From assembly GCA_002104905.1 (NCBI GenBank), contig MCFE01000124.1, forward strand, positions 97,248 through 161,247: a stretch of DNA of 64,000 bases, written 5' to 3'. Positions 39,686 to 52,251 of this stretch are shown here, piece after piece. The notes beneath the pieces were generated by a model. That model made no database searches and was not told the origin of the DNA. It saw nothing but the letters and a program-made list of their open reading frames with translations. The DNA is from Basidiobolus meristosporus CBS 931.73. Its lineage: Eukaryota > Fungi > Basidiobolomycota. Position 1 is the first letter of the stretch. Each line of letters begins with the position of its first letter. The position numbers were made by a program, and so were the translations under genes.

Positions 39686-40651
39686 TTTCAACGGACAAAC
39701 AAATATAAAACAAGAGATACAGGAAAGGAGTATAGGGCAGGGAATTAGCTCAGAGATATACGCATCTAGGTGACCTGCAATGTGCGCTTCATCAATGGTT
39801 TTTCACCCTCGTAAAGACTAACCCGATTTTTGAATCTGATACGGAAGGTGACAGGATCAAATACACAATTACCGGCTGCTCATTCCAAGTAATCCTTGCC
39901 TTTCATGTGTGATTACGTCGTTAAAGGTATGGCGAATATCAGATACTGACTTGAAGCTTGATGTGCACGGCACTTCTTTGGGGCGCATACTGCAACCAAG
40001 ATGCTCGGCAAAGGGGAGGCTTAGCTGTACCTCCTACCAGTTGGGATTACGATGATATCATCTTTATTTGGAATAGTAATCTTGTGCCACTCCAACAGTA
40101 GTATCTATTGCAATACAATTGATTGCAGATTAACATGTGATAACGCCAATACGTCAGTTAACAGGTGGGGTGGAATGGCCCTTTCTCTAACAATATATTG
40201 ATGTATCGATATTGTGATGGGTGGAGGCCCTCTCCATACAGTGAGTGCGGTACCTGCATTGCCTTGGACGGCGATTTTTTAAGACTAATCACCCATCAAA
40301 TCAACTGCTGGGTAGGTAGCATGCTGGAAGTAGCTGTACACAATGGGATCCATCATCAGTCATAATCACACTGGAGCTTCCACATAAACCAACTCATAAT
40401 CTGCTTGCTCAAGTGGTGTTTATTGATGCAACAAGAGACAAATGGCCGTGCTGACCTTTACTTTTACCATGAAGCATCGTTGTATATATTCGCCAGCATT
40501 AAAGGGGTGTATACAGAGTACTTGAAAAAGATTGCTTTGAGAGAATATTTTCGGTAGTTTTGTAGTACCGCTTGCATAGAAAGAATTGAATTATGCCTTC
40601 TCATAATACGTATAAGCTGAAAACAAGAGGATCGCATACATTTGCGGCTCC

Positions 40652-41800
40652 TTAACGAAAGAGTTTCTGGTAACTCTTTCGTAATATCGAGTCAGCTTGC
40701 CGCCTTTTTGCTTTCAGCTCCTTGACCACTTTGTCGAATTCGGGTTTGACATCTTGTGAGATAAGGTTATGCTCTTGAAGAAAGTCGAAATCTTTTTCCG
40801 CAAGATCAAGTTCGCCTTGCTGCAGGTACGCAACGCCGCGTCTGAAATGTCCTTTGACATTCTTCTTATCGGCTTTGATGACTTGACTGCAGTGATACAC
40901 CACCGAGTCGAATTTGTTCATTTTCAGCTCGCATGCGGCAAGATTGAGTCGACATGTCAAGAGCAGCTTGCTCACTTGGTCGAAGTCGACCTCATCTGGG
41001 TTCACAGTATATATCGGCATACTGTCAAGCATGGAAATGGCTCGAAAATAAAAATCGGCGGCTTGCTCGAAGTCTTTTTGTTTGTAATACAGAGTTCCTT
41101 GCTCCTTTAGCTTTGGAGCCTCTTTCGTCTTTTCAACCGCATTCATCTCCCACACCTCTTTTACAAATTCACCAGGATATTGAACATTTAGTAATTCAAT
41201 TTCAAACTCTAATGGACAATTTACTAAGTCGTTCAAATCTTGGATACGATGGGTGAACCCGTGGGAACAGCCGGCGTGGATCTGATACTCTTCTTTGCCA
41301 GCTTTACTTTGATCCTTATAATATTCGCGATCCTCTTCAGTTCTGATAAGAGACTCCAGTTGACTATATCCCTAAAAAAATGGGCTCCCGAGGTCAATAT
41401 CTAGAGGAGAGGGTGAAGGTGCGCTAAACCCACTTACAGTACAATATTGAGGAGTCATCCAGAATTTTGATCTTTCTCCGAGTTTCATGGAAGTAACAGC
41501 AAGCTCCATTCCTTTTACTGCGAACTGCATGCCAGTACGCAACTCAAAGGTTCGCGAGCCCAAGGAAAGCTTCGTGTCTCTAACGAATTTGCGAGTTAGC
41601 ACGTGATTATCTTGGCTCTTGCCATCTTCAGTAGTGTCCTTCTTTAGTTCCTCCCAGTTGATTGCTTGTTTTCTATCCAAGGCATGCACGGCAAAATGTA
41701 TCGTAGCCTTGGTTCCTTCAGGCCAAGAAGGATCAGCTAAAGGGGACCCAGCAATCAAAACCAGTTTGACAACGCCGCCATCGGAGGTAATTTGCTCCAT
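40652..41800 (-). CDS. AIP/AIPL1-like FKBP-type domain plus TPR Hsp90 co-chaperone; complement(join(40652..41371,41438..41800)), about 360 aa
   Basis: N-terminal DGGVVKLVL..G...GTKATIHF..FELRTG..ELAVTSMKLGERSKF, insert with H.GC.H, then PLEFEIELLNV..P..FVKEVWEMN..EK and three TPRs (LKEQGT.YY, LNLAAC.LK, NVKGHFRRG.A). Confidence 0.85.
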
Positions 41801-41883
41801 TCCTTCGCAACTGTATGAAGACAATTTTACTTTAGGAGTTAAGGTTTTTTAACCGAGAACAAGGCCTTGTCGGGCTGAAAACT

Positions 41884-41903
41884 TATATATATATATATAT
41901 ATA
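41884..41903. repeat. (TA)n microsatellite just upstream of the AIP-like gene, possibly TATA-acting
   Basis: About 10 TA units seen directly in the sequence. Confidence 0.8.
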
Positions 41904-43177
41904 TTCTAGGGGAGGGGGCAGAAGACTTGGAGGGAAGGTAAGAATCAGTCTAATTAGCCTATTTCATAATAATATCGATTAAAATGAATTGGTATTACCA
42001 AGTGAAAACAATTTAGGGGGTCATGGAACATAAATCTAGCCATTTTTGCTGGCCATTCAAATGGGAATCCATTCATATATTTCATCACTGTACTGAATAC
42101 ACCGTTGTTCCAGAGGTACTGGAGCACAGATCCTGAGACAAGTGTCACGCCCCGCTAAGGTATATAATGATTTTCAACATAAAGATTACTATTAGTAGGA
42201 CACGGACTGTACTCGTCATAAGTTCCTGTTTTATTTTTGAAACGTGTATTCATAAACCGTCTTATGTAGCGGTTTGATGGTCAAGACACTCCAAAGAAGC
42301 CACAGCAGGAATGAGCAAGAGGGGCTGGCTTCTCGGTGAAAATCAGTACATCTCTGCCGGGAAACTCTGTTCACCCAAGATGATAGGATGCTTGGGAGAG
42401 AACCAAAATATCCCCTCATATGGCTTGGCGTTCTATGCAAAGAGTGTAGATGTTGCGCTGGCCCCCTTCCCCCACATCACCCTATTCATTACTGTAACCT
42501 CATCTGGCGCATCGTGAATGGCAACTTGTGAGACTAGAGATAATCAGGATCAGAATTCCTTAAACCGCATTCTACGGACAACTTATTCTCCGTCAGGATA
42601 TAGCTAGAACATGTGTGCTCAAGACCAAGGTGAGATTTATTGAACTAATATAGAATGTCCGCTTTACCCTGATCACTGGCACGTACAAGTACAAACCAAT
42701 GCTATCAAAGCGTTAAGTTTGGTAATCTATGTATACTCCAACACAGGGCCATCTGATACTCCCTAATGGAGTCGAACCTTGTCTTCCATCGGGGATTTCT
42801 CAAATTTATTGGTTCTCCCCATTGTGGATCTTCTACATATACTGCGCATACGTTGCTTTGGTTGAAGTTTGATTAAACTCCAATCAATGATATCACGGGC
42901 TTTTGGGCACTCGAAAATTCTAGTCGATCTGCCGCAGTCATCAGCACAGCATAAACTTCCCATGCTTATAGGTAGCATTATAGCATTTCCTAACATATCT
43001 CATCTGATGTTGATTATTATTGTTGATTCCAGCTCGAATTTTTAGTGGTGTTAGGAAGTTTTGGGAATGGTCACTGGTTTTAGAACAAAACAATACCTGT
43101 TAAGAAGACCTGATTCTCTCAATCCATTTCAACAACACTTCATACTCAATAAATTCAGATAGTGGCTTGCTCTCAAC

Positions 43178-44608
43178 ATGGAAAACAGCAAAAATACCGA
43201 TGTGGTGGCAAATGAGAGTGTCGACACGAAGGCAACCACTAATGGAAGTGAAAATATCGGCGTGATTAGTCCGAAACCTAAACGAACCCAAACACTAGAC
43301 GCCTTTTTTACCAGAACACCGGTAAAGAAAAGAAAAGCAGAGGAGACTGTGGAGAGTGCAACCAAGAAACAACAGACCAAGGATGAGAACGAAAAAGCCT
43401 CTGAATCAAATGCCAACGCTACCTTATCTACTGAGAAGATTCCAGGCGCTACTCAATCAATGCTGGCGCCAGTGATAACCGGCCCAACAGATCCGCTTTT
43501 TGCTTTGGAATACGAGACCATGGATCCTACGTGGCTCAGAGCTTTGAAAACAGAGTTCAACAAACCGTACTTTAAGCAAGTACGTAAATCTTGTTTTGTA
43601 TCAATGAATTCTACTAATAAGAATATTTTTAGCTTAAAGCATTTTTAGAAACCGAGAAGAAAAGCGCCAAGATTTTCCCTCCTGGTAAACATCGCTCTTT
43701 CTGTGGTACTGACGTGCATAAGATTAATGTGAGGATCTCCACATTTGCATAGCCGAGGACATTTACAGCTGGTCAAGATTCACACCGATTTCGAAGGTGA
43801 AGGTCGTCATCCTGGGTCAAGGTATGTTTGAGAGTCTATAATTTATGAAAGAAATTGCCTTTAAATCTTTTTTATAGACCCATATCATGGCGTTGGTCAG
43901 GCACATGGTTTGTACTCATTCGGTAACCTCATTGTCAGTCACTTGTTAATTCTATTGTTGTGTTTAGGCTTAGCTTTCAGTGTGAAAAAAGGTGTAGGTG
44001 CTCCTCCTTCGTTGGTAAATATGTACAAGACACTTGAACAAGATATACCTGGCTTCAAAGCTCCAGGGCATGGGTAAGATTGAATCTTGCTATGACTCAT
44101 ATGCTAGAACACATATTTACTATGGTTTATAGCTATCTTGCTGGCTGGGCCAAGCAGGGGGTTTTGATGTTGAATTCGGCATTAACGGTTCGCGCACATC
44201 AAGCGAACTCACACGCGGGTAAAGGCTGGGAAGAGTTTACAGGTAAGTACAGGAATCGATATATTCTTTGCCCTGGCCCTAACCTGCTGCTTTAGACTCT
44301 ATTATTCAATACCTAAACCAGAATAAAGATGGGCTTGTATTTATGCTCTGGGGGTCGTATGCACAGAAGAAAGGCAAAGGAATCAATCAGGTGAGTTGTG
44401 TATCTATATGTGCAGTTTTCAAATGCCGATAGGAGTACTCAACTTAATTTCTTCATAGAAAAAGCATTTGGTCCTGAAGTCTGTGCATCCTTCACCTCTT
44501 TCAGCACATCGAGGATTCTTCTCATGCCAGCACTTTTCAAAGGCTAATAAGTACCTGAAAGATCATGGCAAGAAGCCGATCGCGTGGGAAAACTTCGATG
44601 AAGAGTAG
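43178..44608 (+). CDS. UNG1: Uracil-DNA glycosylase (family 1), 8 exons, N-terminal PIP-box-like motif
   Basis: QTLDAFF PIP-like motif; VKVVILGQ|[11 protein letters not shown]|LAFSV; [22 protein letters not shown]; VFMLWG..AQKKG; [11 protein letters not shown]; all seven introns are GT-AG and frame-consistent. Confidence 0.97.
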
Positions 44609-46069
44609 GGTTCTTGCTTATGCTAGCATACTCCCAGTGTTTAATTGCTGGAGAGTAGTGTCTGGGATGGAGACCCTCAGAGAAGCCTGTTCAGGATTTA
44701 TATATAAATGTGACTATAATATGAATAAAACAGAAGAGATTATATCCATTGTGGATAAAACCTTTTTTTGCGCAGCTTCTAATAAAACGGCGTGATATGA
44801 TCATGGGTTACTGTGGGTTTGCAATACATAGTAGAGGTTGGGAAGACCAGCAGCATACACTCTCATGTTTCGATATTTCGATGGAAAGATCAGGCTGACG
44901 ACAAGCGCATTCATTGCCCATAGGACGGCAATATAGATCATTTGTGGTGGTTCAAAAGCTATGGTATTGTGAGTAAAGGCTGAGTTCGAAAAAGTGTTGG
45001 CTTAGTTCGATACTGTCATTTTATGGCCTTGCTCGTGGAATGATGGATTCATGAAGTTGAGGAAGTAGTAAGAATACAAGTTAGTGTACTGGATCAAAAA
45101 TGATTTCTTTATGTGAGTGGATTCACATGATACAGTCGAATCTGCCAAGTGGTGTGTTCACAGTATTCGTAGCGGATGTTGTCTGGTGTCCAGCGGGTGC
45201 AGAGGTAGCAACAGTAGGAGCGAGTCTACGGGGCTTCTGAATTTTTAATATCAGCATATAGTAAGTATCCAGCAACTTTATCTAGATTCCTAGATCAAAC
45301 CCTCGGGTACTTTTGCTACTTTAGCTAAATTCCCTATATTTTGGTTGCTGTTGGCCATGGAGCCCCACTACTACATCAAAAGCCCATTTAATTCAAGAGT
45401 TTTGTATTAGTAGCTTTCTGTTCCAGGCCAGGATGGTATATTTCTTTATTGCTACCATTCCATGAGTAGCTTTCTCGCCGACCGTATCTCGGCATCGCTT
45501 ACTTCGTTTCCATGGCATGCTCCCACTGGTGGAAGCAGAGTTATCCTGATGCCTGCAGTATTTTGAGCTGTCGTGATTCTTCTAAAATATCTCATCTATA
45601 GAGCACTTTACGAAAAACCTTGATTATCTTAGTGTTACACTTGCTTTACCCATCCAAAGGAGTTCTTCATAAGATATTTCAGCTACTGCCCAATCTATAG
45701 CTGGCCGAAATCTTTCACTTGGAGATTTGGGAACGCATATGATTGGGAAGCAGATTAGAGAGCAACTTTCTGTGTATGGTGGGATCGACACCCTGAAGAA
45801 CATTCAGGAAAAGAGTGTAGGCTTTATTCGCTTGCCCATCTTTGCCATCGTAAAATGCGTATCCACGCTATATCCCAATCCTGAATCGCCAGGTGGAAGT
45901 GTTGACTATCGTAAAGGCAGCTGTGCACATATACCAAAGCCCTTTTTGAATCCCACCTCCTTACCTAACGGTGGTGCGGGTCATAAAGGGTTTCCAAACT
46001 CTGGCGAATTGGGGTCTGCTTTATTGGTCTCGTCAGCTTTTTCCCTGAGTATATTTTCCGGTGACTAAC

Positions 46070-46580
46070 AAGGAACTGCAATGTCTTTTTGGGCAACATT
46101 CAGCTCGATGTTACAGGTGAAGATACCTTTAACCTGTTTAATGGATATATTCTCTACCAAACCCAGCCTTTAACTAAAAAGCATACTGAAAACATAAAAC
46201 ACCTTTATACTACTGTTGCTTTACACAGCTTCAACGTGACCGGTTGCCGCTGTACGTAAAAGCCGACAACTGAATTACAATAGGTAAAGTACCCCATTAC
46301 TGTCCAAGATCACCAACACATTGGGATCATGTGATAATATGAAGGTGTTCAAGGGCAACATCGCTGTTGTCGTTGATGAAGGCAGTCTGAGGCAAGAGGT
46401 TGAATTACCAATTCGCACTGATTGACAAGGTAAGATGGATATTTGTTAGCACACCATATATCATCAGCAGCTAGGGCTACGGAATGCACAAAAGAGAAAA
46501 CCACCGAACATGCATTTTGCTTCGAATACAGGAAGGATCGTTGTATAGGGTCCTTAATCCTAAAAAGCCCCCGCTTGATG
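46070..46580 (+). pseudogene. Decayed relic resembling a D5-like/SF3 primase-helicase (virus- or Polinton-like origin)
   Basis: Across stops and frameshifts: GEDTFNLFNGY (46116-46148), FKGNIAVVVDE (Walker-B-like, to 46380), GYGMHKRENHRTCIL and IQEGSLYRVL, in the order expected for this family. Walker A is not recognisable, and the match is from motif memory only. Confidence 0.35.
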
Positions 46581-48066
46581 ATATCGCTTCGGTTTTACTA
46601 TCCCCCTATATAGCAAGGAACAATAATATACTCATATAGAAGTATCTGGTTCGTGTCATGAGTGTAACCAATTTGAGCAATTCGGATTTTTATTTACCTC
46701 TAATAGCTAATTAGGTAATTGATATGTACTCTCATCAGACCTTGGTGTGTGCCTTTTGCACTATATTTGCTATAGGAATTCGAAGAGGTATGAGAAAGGA
46801 ATGAAGTTCGTATTCTATAACCACTTGACACCGAAAACTCTTTTAACACAAATAATGCCATTTCCCACGTCTATCTATCTTGATTACAATATGCATCTCA
46901 TGCGCCTACTTGGGATCTAGAAACTATATTTTTGACTGCCAAATTCCACATACTAGTTAACATATAAACAGCAGCAAAAATCACCAAATACAAATTTCTC
47001 CCTAGACTTCCAACTGTAACTTCAGGGGTAGCTTGAGTATTTGTCTATTGGTTGCTCGTTTTGTAGAGTAGAAGACATCTACCCAACATTCTCACCACAA
47101 AGAGTTATCTCAAAAATACGATACTTTCTAGCCTCACTTTGAGAAATAGTTCAGGCGTGAAACTATGGGTGCAACCGCACTTTGGCCGACAAAAGCGTAG
47201 AGTTTGTCTGCAACATTCGTAACACAACCATTATTGCTCCTAAACGTGCTGGTTAACACATCAGTGGCAGCAAGCTCTCTTTTCCAAGAAGTTATCCTCA
47301 TATTTAGTTTACCCGACGGGAGCTTGTTCGGTTCAGAAAGTCTATCATTGGATATTGAAAAAAGATGAGCCGTTAAGGCTAGCGAGACTTGTCGAGAAGA
47401 GGTGCTCGTGAATACATGCGAATGGTCAAATCCAGCACGGAATGGGGAGGGATAACCTAAAGAGGGTCTATCTTTTGCCGTTGGTAGTCTAGATGCCCTT
47501 CCAAGATTTCTAAAGGACATTGGTTGAAATCTGAATTTACAAAGGAATTAGATATTCTCGATTAGGCAAAACCCTCATACTAGTTATATACCAAACCATC
47601 GCGATCTCCATTCATCACCAATAAATGTCCTATTGTGATTTGATACAGTTAAGCTTCAGTTTCAGAACCTCTTGCTGTAAGCAAAGAGGAGACGTGTTTG
47701 GATTTCGTGTAAAGCGGGAATCGAGAAAACCTAGTGCTAATGAACAGGAGCAAGATGATGGATATCTCCTCGTTGGTTGTACTACAGCGGAAATGTAGCG
47801 GGTTGACCAGCATGCCCTTGATTCATTTTATGCCACCAAATCAGATCCAAGAAGGCAGATAGTGCTTCATTTGGTTGGTAGATTTCCCACTTCAGGCGAT
47901 GGAAATCAAATCCCTATACACCGGATGCCTACCGTTTTGCTATAAACAGCGTTCGAAGGTAGGAAAGCTCACTCCATGGATTATTCTATCTAGGGTGTAT
48001 GTATATATAGAGAGTCCCTTGCACTCATCGAATACAGACTGGCATTTAGTTACTGAAGCCCCGTGA

Positions 48067-49535
48067 ATGCTGAGCTCACCTCCACAACGTACCACCTCGA
48101 TAGAGTTGGGATGCCAACCGGCACAGATGAACGCTTCTGAGTTAGTCCACCGGACAGTTAGCCTGCAAACCTTGGATGTCGCCTCAGGGGAGCAGGATCC
48201 ACTATTATTGGGCTCCAGTCGCATGTCGCTAGACCAGCTCCGACAGGTAAAAAAAAGTAAGGGAAAAGGGGTGTATTCCTTCTACGAGCAGCAAAACGAA
48301 ATCATCGATAGCTTACTCTCTCCGGTCAAGAACGGCGATGAAGATGATGATACAGAAAGACTGAAGGTAATCGTAAATCCTTTGAACAATCCTTCGAGTC
48401 TTTGACAAACATGCCCTAGGTGAAAATTGCGGTGTATGGCTCCTTTTGTGCAAACCTGTCCTTGTTTGGACTGCAACTATACGCTGCTATTAGTTCCCAC
48501 TCGCTCTCTATCCTCGCAACCATGGCCGAATCGTTTATGGATGTATTATCCAGTGCAGTGCTAGTCTATGCCGCACGCGCCATAGCTAATAGTAACTTAC
48601 TCAAGTACCCCGTCGTATGTATGTCGACTGCACATTGACCAGTACGCGGAGCTGACAAATGTGTATAGGGAAAGGCCAGATTGGAGACGGTGGGCGTTAT
48701 CATCTTCTCGGCACTGATGGGTACACTTTCCTTGGGATTGATGGTGCGTGTTACTTTGCCCGTCCCACCGTTGTCTTGCAATTGTTTGATAACTGTATTT
48801 GGTAGATTGAGGGAATTAGGGCGCTGATATCACACGACCATTCACCCGAATTGAAGACCGGGGGCATCATATGCATAGCGATTGCGCTGGCTGTGAAATC
48901 TGTATTGTTCATTTACTGTCGAGCTCTCAAAGACTCCCCGTCCGCTCAAGCATGTGCCCAGGACCACCAGAATGACGTCCTAGTAAACACTTTCGGCTTG
49001 ATCGCCGCAATTTTGGGAACCAGGATCGCCTGGTGGGTTGATGCCGCGGGTGCGCTATCCATAGCACTGCTTATCATGAAATCCTGGACCACCACCGCAT
49101 ATGGTAACTCAAGTAACCTCAAGTAATTACAAGTCTGTCCCTCACCTCGGTCCTTCTCTTTGTGTAGAGAATATCGAGTTGCTTGTCGGTAAATCGGCGG
49201 ACCCAAACTTCCTCAAAAAGATTACCTATATAGGTAACGTTGTGAATCTGATTTACTTGGCCATCAATATACGTTGCAGCCACTAACTATGCCAATTAGC
49301 GTTGACCCACCACCCAAAAGTATTACAAGTGGATACCTGTCGTGCGTACTATGCTGGTAGCAACATGTTTGTGGAGGTAGACATTGTCATGGCGCCCGAC
49401 ACACTGCTAATAGAAAGCCATGAGATCGGCGAAAGTCTACAAACCAAGTTAGAATCTTTGCCCGAAGTAGAGCGTGCCTTTGTCCACGTTGATCATGAAT
49501 CAGATCATTCACCAGAGCACCAGAAAGCACTGTAG
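48067..49535 (+). CDS. Cation diffusion facilitator of the Mn-CDF (MTP8/MTP11-like) group, 6 exons
   Basis: [33 protein letters not shown]|[86 protein letters not shown]. Confidence 0.93.
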
Positions 49536-50139
49536 ATACATTTCTTCGGAGTTCCGATTTTTGCTGCGATGGGAAATCCTTGATAATTGACTCACCAGGA
49601 GTTTACAACAAATATGACGGCAAGATCGATGAAACATTTAATTACAATCGACAAGTCATATATCGTTTTAGTAATAAAGTCTGAGGAGGTGTTGACTGCT
49701 GATGAACTCTTATTTGGTTTAAAATAGATTCGCCGATTTAGCAGCCACCGGCTTTGGCCCTAATCATACCTATACTGGCCATATGCAATATGTTACTAGA
49801 TATTCACCACTCCCATCGATGTTCTTGGCCAGGGGAGGTGTCCAAATGTGCCAGACTGTGCAGGTATTTGACGAGTCACTGCACTATATAGAATTCAAGA
49901 GTCACCAGTCTGGAGAAATCATGGTGAATATTCAAAGGTGGAAATATATGAATTTCAATGCTATTTTGGGATGAATTGCGGTCTGATTTTAACAATGGGC
50001 ACCTTGAAGTATTGGCATTTCTCACGGAAATGTAAATTTGCTATGGTTATTAACTATTTACTCTTTGAAATATTGACTTCAATTTTGTACCTATAATTTC
50101 AATCCCCACTATGCCTCCGGTACCCCTAGCTATTCAATA

Positions 50140-50710
50140 TAGGGTTAGGGGGGTGACAATCACTAACAGATGGGATATTTGCTTCATTACTCAGGGTTAA
50201 AGGGATCAAAGTCACCAAGTGGTAAGATCTTTATTTCAGCTGAAACAAAGAAGCCAATGCTACTGTTGTAGCTTTTGTTGTATCCAGGAGAAAAGTGTAA
50301 TCAAACTCTTGAATGGTTTAACTGAACCAAAGTAACAACTAGGTGCAGAATCTTAGATTTGACAGAGAGTGGCAGATATATTAGCAGAGTGGTTCTGGTC
50401 TAATATTGGTCATGTATATAGCTGGGTTTGGCTATAAAGGCAACAGGGTTGGTTTGCTATGCAGGCTAGGCTTGGTGTTCTTGGGAGTGCTAGATATGCT
50501 AGGCTTGGGTAGAAACCGTAATGTAATTGTTGAGTTCATAATTTTGCTGAAACACAATCTTGATTTTGTCAAGACACACTCTAAACCAAAAGGTTCAGTA
50601 AACTTTATTTATACTTTTTCTGATCAAGTTGAATTAGTAAGTGCCAAGAGACTGGACTAGTTGAACTCTGTTGGGGTGTTGATAGGTGCTGGGTTAGGGG
50701 GGGATGATAA
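50140..50710 (-). mobile_element. Diverged 5'-truncated retroelement 3' ends with TTAGGG-like junctions (same family as 52997-54750)
   Basis: Junctions TAGGGTTAGGGGGG (50140), AGGGTTAAAGGG (50193) and GGGTTAGGGGGGG (50691); shared terminal motif GTCACC..ATCTTTATTTCAGCTGAAACAAAGAAGCC..CTACTGTTGTAGCTTT; the degenerate minus-strand frame ends in KLQQ* like the other copies. Confidence 0.65.
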
Positions 50711-50771
50711 TGCTGTAAGAGTCTTGGAGATATTAGAAGTGATTGGCAGGACAAGTGGATTATGTGGTTTT
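50711..50771 (-). mobile_element. 3' end of an older Ty1/copia LTR (inverted)
   Basis: The minus strand reads AAAACCACATAATCCACTTGTCC...CTCTTACAGCA, a diverged version of the last ~60 nt of the 349-bp LTR. Confidence 0.7.
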
Positions 50772-51120
50772 TGTTGTAAGAGTCTTGGAGATATTGGAAG
50801 TGATTGGGAGAACAAGTAGATAATGTGGTTTTCACTTAATGATTTATTGAATGTAAAAGTAGTATTTATACTTTTACCTGGTCTTGGCATTAAAAACACG
50901 TAGAATAGGTTAAAGAAGGTCCCAAGAGCATGTGTGCAAAGTTTGGGGCTGTTTGGACAACTTTGAGAATTTTCATGTTCTGGGTACCTGGTATTCTGGT
51001 GAAAATATTCTAAGTGAATCCCAACAAGGAATTTGGTCAGTATTCTCTAGGATTTAAGGGTAATGATCTAAGTGACAAAGTTAGGTGAATATTTAGGTGG
51101 AATTACAAATTTCTACAACA
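50772..51120 (-). mobile_element. Ty1/copia LTR, 349 bp, inverted relative to the copy at 52252-52600
   Basis: Termini TGTTGTA...TACAACA; aligns end to end with 52252-52600 at roughly 95% identity by eye. Confidence 0.9.
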
Positions 51121-52251
51121 AGAAGTACCCAGACTATTACCCTAAGCCAATCCAAGTATATTCAAGATATACTAAAGAAGTACAAAATCAAAGACTGTAA
51201 ACCAGCAACTACCCCAATGGAAACAAACCTAAACTTGGTCAAAACTCAACCAAATCAAGAGAGCTTGGTGCCATCCAAAAGCCCTGACTTTCCATATTAG
51301 TCTATGGTCAGCAGTTGGATGTATATCATGCTTGGAACCTGTCCAGATATCTCATATTCAGTGGGAGTTGTCAGCCAACATAATCAGAACTATGGATCTG
51401 ATCATATTGCAGCAGTTAAGTGGATTTTTAGATACCTAAAAGCAACTGCTGATATCTGCTTAAGATACACTTATAAGGACTCAGAACATGATCTTGTGGG
51501 ATACTCTGATGCTGATTGGGGACAAAATTTGGAAGACAGAAGATCAACCACAGGATGCACCTTTCTGTGCTGTAAAGGAGCAATTTCATGGAATTCAAGA
51601 AAGCAACCAACCGTAGCACTTTCTACCACAGAAGCAGAGTATATGGCAGTCTGTGAAGCTACAAAAGAAGCAATGTGGCTAAGAAAGCTTTTTACAGATT
51701 TTGGCCTATGTTAAGAAAAGCCTATTACCTTATTTCAAGATAATCAAGGATGTATACAACTAGGTAGAAATCCAGCTTTTCATGCTAGAACTAGGCACAT
51801 AGATATTAGACATCACTTCATACATGAAGCTATAGAGAATAACCTAGTTTGCTTAGTTGACTGTCCTTCAGATGAAATGATTGCAGACATATTTACCAAA
51901 CCATTAGCTAGAGACAAGTTAGAATATCTTAGGTCAAGTTAGGACAAGTCAGTATGAGCATTTAGCTGAGGGGGGTATTGTAAAGATTTGGATTTTCACC
52001 TAAATCTCTGCCTAACTTAGTCACTTAGATCAATACCTTCAAATCCTAGAGAATACTGACCAAATTCCCTGTTGGGATTTACTTGGAATATTTACCCAGA
52101 ACATGAAAATTAAATAAGTTGTCCAAACAGCCCCAAACCTTGCACACATGTTCTTGGGATCTTCCTTAACCTATTCTATGTGTTTGTTATGGCAAGACCA
52201 TGCATAAGTATAAATACTACTTTGACATTCAATAAATCATTAAGTGAAAAC
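51121..52251 (+). mobile_element. Older Ty1/copia: RT C-terminus and RNase H with stops, PPT (51968-51975) and the 5' part of its 3' LTR (51976-52251)
   Basis: LSQSKYIQDIL, PDISYSVGVVSQ, GYSDADW, RRSTTG, ISWNSRKQPTVALSTTEAEY, DNQG, RTRHIDIRHHFI, MIADIFTKPL; GAGGGGGG is followed by TATTGTAAAG, a decayed LTR start. Confidence 0.93.

Noticed and set aside
43178-46580. UNG next to a D5-like helicase relic, echoing the poxvirus D4-D5 gene pair
   Set aside because: This UNG has seven spliceosomal introns and a PIP-box-like N-terminus, so it is the host UNG1; the adjacency is most likely coincidence.
47134-47520. 128-aa minus-strand ORF with an Arg/Ser-rich N-terminus like a mitochondrial presequence
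   Set aside because: No downstream exon continues it convincingly and no domain is recognisable.
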